Shown here: positions 37,342-46,476 of the stretch, one piece after another | How positions within the stretch are numbered: position 1 is the stretch's first letter | How the letters are laid out: the number at the start of each line of letters is the position of its first letter | Assembly (NCBI GenBank): GCA_963717505.1 | Contig: OY970342.1 | Span: 1,472,001 to 1,536,000 of the forward strand | Origin: Candidatus Eiseniibacteriota bacterium | GTDB lineage: Bacteria > Eisenbacteria > RBG-16-71-46 | Reading direction: 5' to 3' | DNA: 64,000 bases | Position numbers and translations under genes: made by a program | Notes under the pieces: model-generated | Databases searched by the model: none | What the model was told of the DNA's origin: nothing | The model's input: only the letters and a program-made list of their open reading frames with translations

Positions 37342-38619
37342 ATGAGCCCCAGCTGGATTCTCGGAGGAGTCCGCACGCCGTTCGCCAGGGCAGGCACCGC
37401 GTTCAAGCACACGCCGGCCTACGAGCTGGGCCGCGTGGCGATGACCGAGGCGCTGGCCCGATCCGACGTCGATCCGGCGCGCCTGGATCACGTGATCTTC
37501 GGCAACTGCGCCCAGCCGCCCGAAGCCGCGAATATCACGCGGGTCACCGCGATTCGCGCCGGGGTGCCGGAGCAGATTCCCGGCTACACGGTGCACCGCA
37601 ACTGCGCGTCGGGCATGGAAGCGATCGCCGACGCCAGCACGCGCATCGCGGCCGGAGAATCGCGCCTGGTGCTCGCCGGGGGCATGGAGAACATGAGCCA
37701 GATCCCGCTCATGTACCCGCCGGCGTTCGCCGACTGGCTCGAGAAGTTCGCGCGCGCCAAGACGCTGCCCCAAAAGCTCGGGGCCGCCTCGCGCTTCCGG
37801 TTCTCGATGCTGGCGCCGCGCATCGCGATCGCCGAGGGGCTCACCGACTACACCTGCGGACTCAACATGGGGCAGACCGCCGAGGTGCTGGCCAACGAGT
37901 TCCGCATCGGCCGCGATCGCCAGGATGCTTTCGCGCTCGAGAGCCACCGGCGCGCGATCGCCGCGCGGGCCAGGCTGCGCGAGGAGATCGCGCCGGTCTT
38001 CCCGATGCCGGACTTCGGAATCGTTCAGGACGACATCGGTCCGCGCGAGAACCAGACCTTGGAGGCCCTCTCGAAACTCAAGCCGTATTTCGATCGAAAG
38101 AACGGCATGGTCACGGTCGGCAACTCGTGCCAGGTGACCGATGGTGCCGTGGCGCTGCTGGTCGGCGACGACGCCACGGCGCGCGCATGGCCGGTGCCGC
38201 CGCTCGGGCGCATTCGCGCGTTCGCGTTCGCGGGTCTCGAGCCGAGGCGCATGGGTCTCGGACCGGTATTCGCGATGGCCGAGGTGCTGCACCGGGCGCG
38301 GCTCGAGCTGTCCGACATCGAGCTGTTCGAGATCAACGAGGCGTTCGCGGCACAGGTGCTGGCGTGCCTCGAGGCGTCGCGCTCCGACGCCTTCGCGCGT
38401 GCCGAGCTGGGACGCGAGACCGCGCTTGGGGAGATCCACACCGAGCTGCTCAACGTGAACGGCGGCGCGATCGCGCTCGGACATCCGGTGGGAGCGAGCG
38501 GCGCGCGGCTGGTGCTCACGCTGCTCATGGAAATGCGCCGGCGCGGGCTCAAGCGCGGCATGGCGTCGCTGTGCGTCGGCGGTGGGCAGGGCGCGGCGTT
38601 CATCCTGGAGCGCGGATGA
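37342..38619 (+). CDS. fadI: Acetyl-CoA C-acyltransferase (thiolase)
   Basis: NCASG, NEAFA, GHPVGASG, LCVGGGQG. Confidence 0.85.
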   Translation: MSPSWILGGVRTPFARAGTAFKHTPAYELGRVAMTEALARSDVDPARLDHVIFGNCAQPPEAANITRVTAIRAGVPEQIPGYTVHRNCASGMEAIADASTRIAAGESRLVLAGGMENMSQIPLMYPPAFADWLEKFARAKTLPQKLGAASRFRFSMLAPRIAIAEGLTDYTCGLNMGQTAEVLANEFRIGRDRQDAFALESHRRAIAARARLREEIAPVFPMPDFGIVQDDIGPRENQTLEALSKLKPYFDRKNGMVTVGNSCQVTDGAVALLVGDDATARAWPVPPLGRIRAFAFAGLEPRRMGLGPVFAMAEVLHRARLELSDIELFEINEAFAAQVLACLEASRSDAFARAELGRETALGEIHTELLNVNGGAIALGHPVGASGARLVLTLLMEMRRRGLKRGMASLCVGGGQGAAFILERG

Positions 38620-40805
38620 CGCTGGCCGCGGACGGTAACGAAGTGGAGGCGGCGGTAACGCTCCCCAGCCGGCACACGGGCGCCTTCCGCATCGAGTCCG
38701 CGGGCAACGGCATGGCCCATCTGGTGATGGACGACCCCGCGCGTCGGGTCAACGTCCTGGACGAAGCGGCGATCGCCTCGCTCGAGGAAGCGCTTTCCCA
38801 GCTCGAGCAGGATGCGTCGCTGCGCGGCGTGATCCTGATCAGCGGCAAGCCGGGATCGTTCCTGGCCGGCGCCGACATTCGCGAGATCGGATCGATCACC
38901 GACCCCGAGTTGGTGCGCGGCATCGTTCGCCGCGCTCACGTCGTGCTCAATCGGCTCGCGTACCTGCAAGCGCCCACGGTGGCCGCGATCGACGGCGTTT
39001 GTCTGGGCGGTGGCACCGAACTGGCTCTGGCGTGCGACTCGCGCGTCGCCACCGAGGAGCCGCGCACCCAGATCGGGCTCCCCGAAGTCCTGCTCGGAAT
39101 CTTCCCCGGATTCGGCGGCTCGACGCGCCTGCCGAGACTGGTCGGCCTTCAGGCCGCACTCGACCTGATCCTGACCGGGCGCACGCTCGATGCGCGCCGG
39201 GCCGAACGCATGGGTCTGATCGCACGCGCGGTCCCGGCGGCCTGGCTGACCGAGTTCGCGCACCGCCGGCTCGAGGAGCTGCAGAAGCGCCCGCGCGAGC
39301 GGCGTCGCGACGTGTTTCGCCCGAAAGGCATGGCCAACCGATTCCTCGAGGGCTGGGGGCGCGGCATCGTGCTCAACACCGCGAGACGGCAGACGCTCGA
39401 GCGCACCGGCGGCCACTACCCGGCTCCGCTCGCCGCGATTGGCGTGATCTCCGAAGGCATTGGGCAACCGGTCGAGCGCGCATTGGCCCTCGAGGAGCGA
39501 GTCGCGGACCTGGTGGTTGGCCCCGAGTGCAAGAATCTGATTCGCATCTTCCTGATGTCGGAGCGCGCCAAGAAGGAGCCACCGGTGCCCGGCGTCGAGC
39601 TCGAGCCCGCGGACATCGACAGTCTGGCGCTGGTCGGCGCCGGGGTCATGGGCGGCGGCATTGCGGAGCTGGCGAGCCGGAGTGGAATTCGGGTGCGGCT
39701 GCGTGACCTGAAGCCGGAGGCGCTGACGCGCGCGCTGCAGACGGTGCGCGAGCTGATCGACGAGCGCGCGCGCCGCCGGCGCATGCCGCGCCATGAGCGC
39801 GACGGCCAGCTTTCGCGCATTTCGGTGACGCTCGAGCCCGACGGCTTCGGCACGGTCGACGGTGCGATCGAGGCGGTCGTCGAAGACCTCGCGGTCAAAC
39901 GCCGTGTGTTCGCCGAGCTGGAGACCCGCATGAAGCCCGAGGCCCTGCTCGCGACCAATACTTCGTCGCTCTCGGTGAGCGAGCTGGGCGCCGGGCTCGC
40001 GCACCCGGGGCGCTTCTGCGGTTTCCACTTCTTCAACCCGGTTCACCGCATGCCGCTGGTCGAAGTCGTGCGCGGCGCCAAGACCACAGACGCCACATTG
40101 GTGACCGCGGTCGCCCTCGCGCGGCGACTCGGCAAGACGCCGGTCGTGGTCGCGGACTCACCCGGGTTCGTGGTCAACCGGATCCTGATGCCCTATCTGC
40201 GCGAAGCCATGCACTTGTTGGAAGAGGGCTACGCGCTCACCGACATCGACGCCTCGATGCGCAATTTCGGCATGCCGATGGGGCCGTTCGAAGTGCTCGA
40301 CGAAGTCGGACTCGACGTCGCGCAGAAGGTGGCGGGGGTACTCGGGGCCGCGTTTTCGGAGCGCATGACTCCGGCGCCGATGCTCGACAAGCTGGTCGCC
40401 GCCGGCAGGTTGGGGAAGAAGACCGGCGCCGGCTTCTACCGGCACCGGGGGCGCAAGCGCCGGCCCGATCCCAAGCTCTCGGGGATCCTCGAACTCTCGC
40501 GACGCCGCGGCGCCCGCGGGCTCACGTTCCTTTCCGAGCGCATGACCCTGGCGATCATCAACGAGGCCGCCTGGTGCCTCGACGAGGGCGTGGTTTCGGA
40601 TCCGGGATTGCTGGACCTGGCCATGATCTTCGGCGCCGGCTTCCCGCCGTTCCGGGGCGGTCCACTGCGCTACGGGGACGCCCTGGGGGTGGCCCACGTC
40701 GCGGGCAGGCTCACGGCGCTGCGCGCCGAGCGGGGAGAACGCTTCCGGCCGGCCGAGCGGATCGTCCGGCGGGCCGAGACCGGGGGCAAGCTCTCGGAAA
40801 ACTAG
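38616..40805 (+). CDS. fadJ: Fatty acid oxidation complex alpha subunit (enoyl-CoA hydratase / 3-hydroxyacyl-CoA dehydrogenase)
   Basis: CLGGGTELALAC, GLPEV, GAGVMGGG, TNTSSL, HFFNP; ATGA coupling. Confidence 0.88.
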   Translation: MTLAADGNEVEAAVTLPSRHTGAFRIESAGNGMAHLVMDDPARRVNVLDEAAIASLEEALSQLEQDASLRGVILISGKPGSFLAGADIREIGSITDPELVRGIVRRAHVVLNRLAYLQAPTVAAIDGVCLGGGTELALACDSRVATEEPRTQIGLPEVLLGIFPGFGGSTRLPRLVGLQAALDLILTGRTLDARRAERMGLIARAVPAAWLTEFAHRRLEELQKRPRERRRDVFRPKGMANRFLEGWGRGIVLNTARRQTLERTGGHYPAPLAAIGVISEGIGQPVERALALEERVADLVVGPECKNLIRIFLMSERAKKEPPVPGVELEPADIDSLALVGAGVMGGGIAELASRSGIRVRLRDLKPEALTRALQTVRELIDERARRRRMPRHERDGQLSRISVTLEPDGFGTVDGAIEAVVEDLAVKRRVFAELETRMKPEALLATNTSSLSVSELGAGLAHPGRFCGFHFFNPVHRMPLVEVVRGAKTTDATLVTAVALARRLGKTPVVVADSPGFVVNRILMPYLREAMHLLEEGYALTDIDASMRNFGMPMGPFEVLDEVGLDVAQKVAGVLGAAFSERMTPAPMLDKLVAAGRLGKKTGAGFYRHRGRKRRPDPKLSGILELSRRRGARGLTFLSERMTLAIINEAAWCLDEGVVSDPGLLDLAMIFGAGFPPFRGGPLRYGDALGVAHVAGRLTALRAERGERFRPAERIVRRAETGGKLSEN

Positions 40806-40890
40806 GAGCCAGAGGGGCCGAAGGAGCCGGCAGACTACGGGCGGCCGCGGCCGCGGCCGGGGCCTGGACGGTCGCGCGGCCTAACGCCCC

Positions 40891-40935
40891 AAAAACACGC
40901 CCGCCCCGAGGTTTACCGACCTCGGGGCTGCGTGT
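40891..40935 (-). terminator. Intrinsic terminator on the minus strand
   Basis: GCCCCGAGG/CCTCGGGGC stem extended by CACGC/GCGTG, followed by TTTTT. Confidence 0.7.
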
Positions 40936-41045
40936 GGAAGACTTCGCACCGCTTTTGGAGGTGTCACACGCTTCGCATCGCGTGACACCCCTATAGACGA
41001 TCCAAACCCGTATCAGGTTGCCATGGTGTAGAAAAGATACGGTTG
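40891..41045 (-). ncRNA. Candidate structured RNA in the ftsH 3' region
   Basis: Three consecutive stems; 13-bp central stem has G-U pairs only on the minus strand; no family recognised. Confidence 0.3.
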
Positions 41046-41151
41046 CGGGACGGTCAAGCGGCGAGAAATGGCGCCCGGACGCGGGGTCGAAAACACCGGT
41101 ACGTGGCGATGGGCGAACTTCCAACCAACCCGGTGCCGCCAAAAGGGCCGT

Positions 41152-44100
41152 TCAGGCTCCCGCCGGACGTGGCGCCGGCGGCGGGAAGGGATCGATCCGG
41201 GGCTCGTCGACCCTGGCCGCCTTGGGCTCCACCGGGCTCTGAGGCTCAGGCGGGGTTTCCGCCTTGCGAATCGGCTCCAACACTTCGCCCCGCAGCAGGC
41301 GCTCCATCTGATCGCCGTCGAGCACTTCGCGCTCGAGCAGCGAAGTAGCGATCACCTTCAGCTTGTCCAGGTTTTCGCGCAACAGGCTCTGCGACCGCCC
41401 GTAGGCGTTCTCGACCATGGAGCGCACTTCCTGGTCGATCATTTGCGCGGTCGACTCGCTGTAGTCCTTGTGGGTCGCGATCTCGCGCCCGAGGAACACC
41501 ATCTCTTCTTTCTTGCCGAAGGTCAGCGGCCCGAGCGACTCGCTCATGCCCAGCTCGCACACCATGCGGCGCGCGAGCGAGGTGGCGCGCTCGAGGTCGT
41601 TGGCGGCGCCGGTCGTCAGATGGTTGAACACCAAGAACTCGGCAGCGCGACCGCCCATCAGCATGCACAGCGATCGCTGCAGATCTTCCTTCGAGCGCGA
41701 GTAGCGTTCCTCACGCGGCAGGTACGAGGTGATGCCCAGCGCACGGCCGCGCGGAATGATGGTGATCTTGTCGACCGGGTCCGAGCCGGGCAGCAGCCAC
41801 GCCACCAGCGCATGTCCGGCCTCGTGGAACGCGGTGCTCTTGCGCTCTTCCTCGGTCATCACCAGGCTGCGGCGCTCGAGGCCGAGCATGACCTTGTCCT
41901 TGGCGTCCTGGAAGTCGGCCATGGTCACCTTCTTCCGGTTGCGCCGGGCCGCGAGCAGTGCGGCCTCGTTGACCATGTTCGCCAGGTCGGCTCCCGACAT
42001 GCCGGGCGTGCCGCGCGCGATCTGGCTCAGTTCGACGTCGTCGCCGAGTGGGATCTTGCGCGCGTGCACCTTGAGGATGCCTTCGCGTCCGCGCACGTCG
42101 GGCCAGTCGACCACGATCTGGCGGTCGAAGCGGCCCGGTCGCAGCAGCGCCGGGTCGAGCACGTCCGGACGGTTGGTCGCCGCGAGAATGATGACGCCTT
42201 CGTTGGCGTCGAAGCCGTCCATCTCGACCAGCAGCTGATTCAGCGTCTGCTCGCGCTCGTCGTGTCCGCCGCCGAGACCCGCGCCACGATGACGGCCGAC
42301 AGCGTCGATTTCATCGATAAAAACAATGCAGGGTGCGTGACGCTTGCCTTGCTCGAAGAGATCGCGCACACGGCTGTTGTGCAACAGCACCGGCTTCTCG
42401 CCGCCGAAGAACGCCTCGTGATCGCAGCCACACAGGTCATAGACGTAGCCGTCGTACGGTTTGCGCTCGACGCTGCGGACGATGGCGCGCTTGCCCTGGC
42501 GCTCGCGGTCGCGAACCATCCAGTGGCTGGTCTTGCCGATGATCAGGGACCAGTACTCGGATTCGGGAAGCGGCTTGCTCTTGATCACTCGGCCGGCTCG
42601 TGCCACTTGGTGTCGGACGCCGCACGGAATCCCGTGCATCGCGCACAGCCAGGTCAGCTCGCGAATCAGGCGATGGCTGACCGATGAGACGTTCAGCTTG
42701 CCCTCGGTGCTCACGTAGCCGTCACCCAGCGCGTAGCCGGTCAGGTAGGCCTCGAAGTACTCGCGGGGCAGATCCCACAGCGGCTCGGGGACGTGCTTGT
42801 CGTGGCTGCCGTTGCCGCAATGACGGGCAAAGAAGCGACCCAGTGGTGCCGAGTTGAACGTGATCTTGGTGCTGTTGTCGGCGGTCGAACGCACGCGGGG
42901 CGTCACACCGAACAGCCGGGCGCCGATCTCGATCACCTCGCGATGCAGGTCGGGCTCGTGCGTCCCGAACGTGAACTCGAGGCAGCCGTTCTCGCGACCC
43001 TCGGCGGTGTAGTAGCCGAAGAGCTTGAATAGCTCGGGCGTCGACGCGATCTCCTGCGGGAGGCGTTCCGCGGCCTCGACCGTGCGCAGCGCGCGCGGCA
43101 GATGCTGGCCTCGCTGCCAATTGCTCACGGTCATTTGGGAAACGCCGAGCGAGGCACCGATCGCAGCCTGCGACTGGAGGCCACGCTGCTCGACCGCATA
43201 TTCGCGCTGTGCGGCCGCGAGCTCGTCGGCCTGCCAGACCTGGAGCATGGGAGGCGTCGCCTGGGCGGGGAACTCGTGAGCGCGGACCTGGTACGGCGTG
43301 CCCTTTCCCGGCTGGTATTCGCCCCGCACCTTGATCGGCAGCTGGACCAGGACATCGCCGGCCTTCAGGTCGCGTGCCGCAACCGGCTTGATGCCATCGC
43401 GGGTGCGTACGAAAACCGAGTGGTCGCCCGTGGTGCGCAGCCGTCCGCCGAGGTAGTCGATGTCATAGATTTCGTTCACGCGGTGACGGAACACGCCTCG
43501 TGCGCGCTTCCAGCCGCTGCCCTGCACGAAGACCTTGGAAGAGCCGCGGAACTTGGTGTCGCGTTCATCGAACCCGAGCGTCTCGAGGCCAGAGACCGGA
43601 ACGGCGAATCCTGCAGCGTCGCCTTCGTAGAAGCGATCCACGAACGAGCCGATCTCGACCAGCTCGGTCTTGCCGCCGCGGCGAACCAGGACCGGCGTGT
43701 CGCCGGTGACCGACGCGCCCACCCCGACAAACATTTCCACGAAGTCCGAACCACTCATCGAGAAGAACGGCACGCCCGCTTCACCCGCGACCGCCTTCGC
43801 GAGCAGCGTCTTCCCCGATCCCGGCGGGCCGAGCAACAGCGCGCCCTTGGGAATCCGTCCGCCCAGCCGCTGGAACTTCTGCGGCTCCTTCAGGAACTCG
43901 ATGATCTCTTGCAGCTCGACCTTGGCCTCGTCGCAGCCGGCCACGTCCTTGAACGTGACCTTGGGCGTGCTCTCGAGCATGACGCGCGCCTTGGTCTTGC
44001 CGAACTTGAGTGCGGCGCTGCCGCCCGCCTGCATCTGGCGCAGCAGGAACAGCCACGCGCCGAAGATCAGGATCAACGGCAACCAGGTGAACACGATCGA

Positions 44101-44559
44101 CAGCCAATTGAGTCCGGCGGTGCGCACTTCGATGTCGACGCCGGGGTTGGTCTGCCACACCTTCTCGGGCAGGCCTTCGCCGTCGCCGAGGATGTTCGTG
44201 CGGAACGCCTTGAACGAGGTCTCGGACGGGCCAACCCGGATCGAGCTCTCGCGCTTGAGCTCGCCGCTCACCGTGCGCTCGACGATCTCCAGGCGCCCGA
44301 TGTTCCCCTGGTTCACCTCCTCGATGAACCGGGTGTAGGAGATCTCGAGCCGCTGGGGCGCCATGAAGTTGCCCTGGTACATGCGCACCGCGACCAGCGA
44401 CAACAGCACCAGCAGCGCCCAGAAGGCGAGGGTGCGGAACGGCCGCGAGGGCGGCACCGGCACCTGCGGGCGCCGCGACGGTCCGCCGCTGCCCTTGTTG
44501 CCGCGCCGATCGCGCGAGCGACCCTCGTCGCCCGAATCCTTGTTGCGAAGAAGCTTCAC
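41152..44559 (-). CDS. ftsH: ATP-dependent zinc metalloprotease FtsH, intein-containing
   Basis: 2 [13 protein letters not shown] pore loop, FIDEID, RPGRFD, HEAGH. Confidence 0.97.
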   Translation of the reverse strand: MKLLRNKDSGDEGRSRDRRGNKGSGGPSRRPQVPVPPSRPFRTLAFWALLVLLSLVAVRMYQGNFMAPQRLEISYTRFIEEVNQGNIGRLEIVERTVSGELKRESSIRVGPSETSFKAFRTNILGDGEGLPEKVWQTNPGVDIEVRTAGLNWLSIVFTWLPLILIFGAWLFLLRQMQAGGSAALKFGKTKARVMLESTPKVTFKDVAGCDEAKVELQEIIEFLKEPQKFQRLGGRIPKGALLLGPPGSGKTLLAKAVAGEAGVPFFSMSGSDFVEMFVGVGASVTGDTPVLVRRGGKTELVEIGSFVDRFYEGDAAGFAVPVSGLETLGFDERDTKFRGSSKVFVQGSGWKRARGVFRHRVNEIYDIDYLGGRLRTTGDHSVFVRTRDGIKPVAARDLKAGDVLVQLPIKVRGEYQPGKGTPYQVRAHEFPAQATPPMLQVWQADELAAAQREYAVEQRGLQSQAAIGASLGVSQMTVSNWQRGQHLPRALRTVEAAERLPQEIASTPELFKLFGYYTAEGRENGCLEFTFGTHEPDLHREVIEIGARLFGVTPRVRSTADNSTKITFNSAPLGRFFARHCGNGSHDKHVPEPLWDLPREYFEAYLTGYALGDGYVSTEGKLNVSSVSHRLIRELTWLCAMHGIPCGVRHQVARAGRVIKSKPLPESEYWSLIIGKTSHWMVRDRERQGKRAIVRSVERKPYDGYVYDLCGCDHEAFFGGEKPVLLHNSRVRDLFEQGKRHAPCIVFIDEIDAVGRHRGAGLGGGHDEREQTLNQLLVEMDGFDANEGVIILAATNRPDVLDPALLRPGRFDRQIVVDWPDVRGREGILKVHARKIPLGDDVELSQIARGTPGMSGADLANMVNEAALLAARRNRKKVTMADFQDAKDKVMLGLERRSLVMTEEERKSTAFHEAGHALVAWLLPGSDPVDKITIIPRGRALGITSYLPREERYSRSKEDLQRSLCMLMGGRAAEFLVFNHLTTGAANDLERATSLARRMVCELGMSESLGPLTFGKKEEMVFLGREIATHKDYSESTAQMIDQEVRSMVENAYGRSQSLLRENLDKLKVIATSLLEREVLDGDQMERLLRGEVLEPIRKAETPPEPQSPVEPKAARVDEPRIDPFPPPAPRPAGA
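42376..43713 (-). mobile_element. Intein (446 aa) with LAGLIDADG homing endonuclease and XRE-like HTH
   Basis: Splits VGVGA|SRVRDLF; begins SVTGDT, block [15 protein letters not shown] and LTGYALGDG, block F VYDL, ends LLHN/S. Confidence 0.96.
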
Positions 44560-45107
44560 GTATTCGACTCCTCGAGCACGCCGACGTAGGGCAGGTTGCG
44601 ATAACGCTCAGCCGCGTCCATGCCGTAGCCGACGACGAATTCCGATCCAATCTTAAAGCCCGCGTAGTTCACGGGCACCTGAACTTTGCGGCACGGCACC
44701 TTGTCGAGCAGCGTGGCGACCGTGAGACTCGCGGCCCCGCGAGTCTTCAAATGATTGAGGATGAACGACACGCTGAGCCCGGAATCGACCACTCCTTCGC
44801 ACAGCACGACATCGCGGCCGGCGACATCGTCACGCAGATCCGAGATCAGGCGCACCTGGCCGCTCGATGTGGTGCCGGCGCCGTAGGACGACACCGACAG
44901 GAAGTCGAGGTCGACATCCAGGGGTGTGGCTCGCGCCAGGTCGCATTGAAACATGCACGCTCCCTTGAGCACGCCCACGAAGACCGGACGCCGGGTGTCG
45001 AGATCGCGAGCGATCTCGAGGCCCAGCTCCCGAACCCGCCGGGCGATTTGTTCGGCGGTGTACAGGACTCGAATGACGGGTTCGGTGCTGGTTCGGTCGG
45101 CGCTCAC
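44556..45107 (-). CDS. hpt: Hypoxanthine phosphoribosyltransferase
   Basis: VGVLKG, VSSY, VDSG, LLDK, FVVGYGMD, YRNLP. Confidence 0.9.
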   Translation of the reverse strand: MSADRTSTEPVIRVLYTAEQIARRVRELGLEIARDLDTRRPVFVGVLKGACMFQCDLARATPLDVDLDFLSVSSYGAGTTSSGQVRLISDLRDDVAGRDVVLCEGVVDSGLSVSFILNHLKTRGAASLTVATLLDKVPCRKVQVPVNYAGFKIGSEFVVGYGMDAAERYRNLPYVGVLEESNT

Positions 45108-45189
45108 GCACACTCCCCGTGGACGCCGCGAGGCCCGCACGAACGGGCTCGGACCGGTGTTCCAGTCATCGGCTTCCGGTTGGAGAAGC

Positions 45190-46248
45190 TCAAGTTCGCC
45201 TTGGGTTTCCCTGACGTTGGAATCGCACGACCGCAGAACGCCGCTCGGCCACCACTCCGCATGGCAAGTGGATGCGCGCGCCACCGCGGGAGGTGCCGAA
45301 CAGTCTGTCGATTGCTTCGAGGTGACGCCCCGTGAGACCCCGTGACTCCGGCGCGAAACGCCTCCAGAGCCGGCGATAGAGCGCCCGCCGAAGCGCAAGA
45401 GGGTAGGCCGCCGTCTGCCTGGCGGCAAGGGTAGCGCCGGCCGACCGGGGGTCGCAAATCCTTGTCAGTCTTCGGTCCGCCCAGGACTCGAGAACCCGGC
45501 TGGCCGAGCGCACTTCCGCCAGGGCTCCGGCGATCCGCCCGGCCAGGGCCGCACGTCCGGCGGCCGGGCGTGCGTCGGGCCTCAGGGCCCCGGCCACCGC
45601 CCCGATCGCCGAGGCGCGAATGCGGTTCCTCAGGTAGGCGGGATCGGCGTTCGAGGTGTCCTCCCGCCACGCGAGGCCGGCGGCAGTCAGATCGGCCTCG
45701 ATCGCCTGGCGGGTCGCCTGGAGCAGAGGCCGGATCCAACGCCCGCGGCGGGGCGGGATGCCACCGAGTCCGGCCAGCCCGGTGCCGCGGCCGAGCCTCA
45801 TGAGCAGGGTCTCGGCCTGGTCGTCGGCGGTGTGGGCGGTCGCGATCAGGTCGGCCCCGGCGCTGCGCGCGGCACGGGCCAGGAACTCGCGCCGCAATTG
45901 ACGGAGCCCCGCTTGGCCGGCGAGCCCACGGCGCTTCATGCGCGCCTTGCAATCCCAGCGGACCGCGACCAGGGGAATGCCGAGGCGCTCGCAAAGTGCG
46001 CGAACGCAGGCGAGATCGCCATCGGCTTCGGCGCCGCGAAGTCCGTGATGGAGGTGCGCGGCAGTGAGCGTCACGCCCCGCTCGTGGGCGACTCGACTCC
46101 AGCCGACGAGCAGTGCCGTCGAGTCGGCGCCGCCGCTGACCGCGACGAGCACGCGGCTCTGCCGCGCCACGCGGCAATCTCCGGCGAATGCGCGGCGCAG
46201 GATCGGCTCGATCCTGCGCAGCCGAGGCGGCGAGGTTGGGGACGGCAC
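45190..46248 (-). CDS. tilS: tRNA(Ile)-lysidine synthase, short form
   Basis: AVSGGADS, HHGLRG, TAHTADDQAET, RPLL, EDTSN, RNRIR. Confidence 0.92.
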   Translation of the reverse strand: MPSPTSPPRLRRIEPILRRAFAGDCRVARQSRVLVAVSGGADSTALLVGWSRVAHERGVTLTAAHLHHGLRGAEADGDLACVRALCERLGIPLVAVRWDCKARMKRRGLAGQAGLRQLRREFLARAARSAGADLIATAHTADDQAETLLMRLGRGTGLAGLGGIPPRRGRWIRPLLQATRQAIEADLTAAGLAWREDTSNADPAYLRNRIRASAIGAVAGALRPDARPAAGRAALAGRIAGALAEVRSASRVLESWADRRLTRICDPRSAGATLAARQTAAYPLALRRALYRRLWRRFAPESRGLTGRHLEAIDRLFGTSRGGARIHLPCGVVAERRSAVVRFQRQGNPRRT

Positions 46249-46296
46249 GCGGGATTCCTCCTCAAGCGGAGGCCGCTCGCGACCGAGCGGTGAGTG

Positions 46297-46372
46297 TGGT
46301 GGCGGCGGAGGGACTCGAACCCCCGACACGAGGATTATGATTCCCCTGCTCTACCAGCTGAGCTACACCGCC
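46297..46372 (-). tRNA. tRNA-Met (CAT), most likely elongator
   Basis: 76-nt cloverleaf GGCGGTG...ATCATAA loop...GGTTCGAGTCC...ACCA; paired G1-C72 so not initiator; G4/G5 acceptor stem argues against Ile2. Confidence 0.92.
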
Positions 46373-46429
46373 ACGAGCGAGGGCCGCTGCGCGGGCGTTG
46401 GGCCCATCCCTGCGAGCGGCGGGGGACGA

Positions 46430-46458
46430 ACGTTAGGGAGCGTCTTCACAAAAGTCAA
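46430..46458 (-). promoter_or_regulatory. Sigma70-type promoter for tRNA-tilS-hpt-ftsH
   Basis: TTGACT-N17-TAACGT followed by GC-rich discriminator. Confidence 0.75.
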
Positions 46459-46476
46459 CATTGGCCGCCTCTCCGC

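Noticed and set aside
37305-40805. Apparent 1166-aa FadJ fusion
   Set aside because: The first 437 codons overlap the thiolase in another frame; the real start is the ATGA overlap at 38616
45104-46177. Alternate-frame ORF over tilS ending at the hpt start, suggesting a frameshift
   Set aside because: All TilS motifs are in the 45190..46248 frame; the alternate frame is Arg/Pro-rich noise
46297-46372. tRNA as an integration site for an island
   Set aside because: No integrase and no duplicated tRNA 3' end noticed in the window
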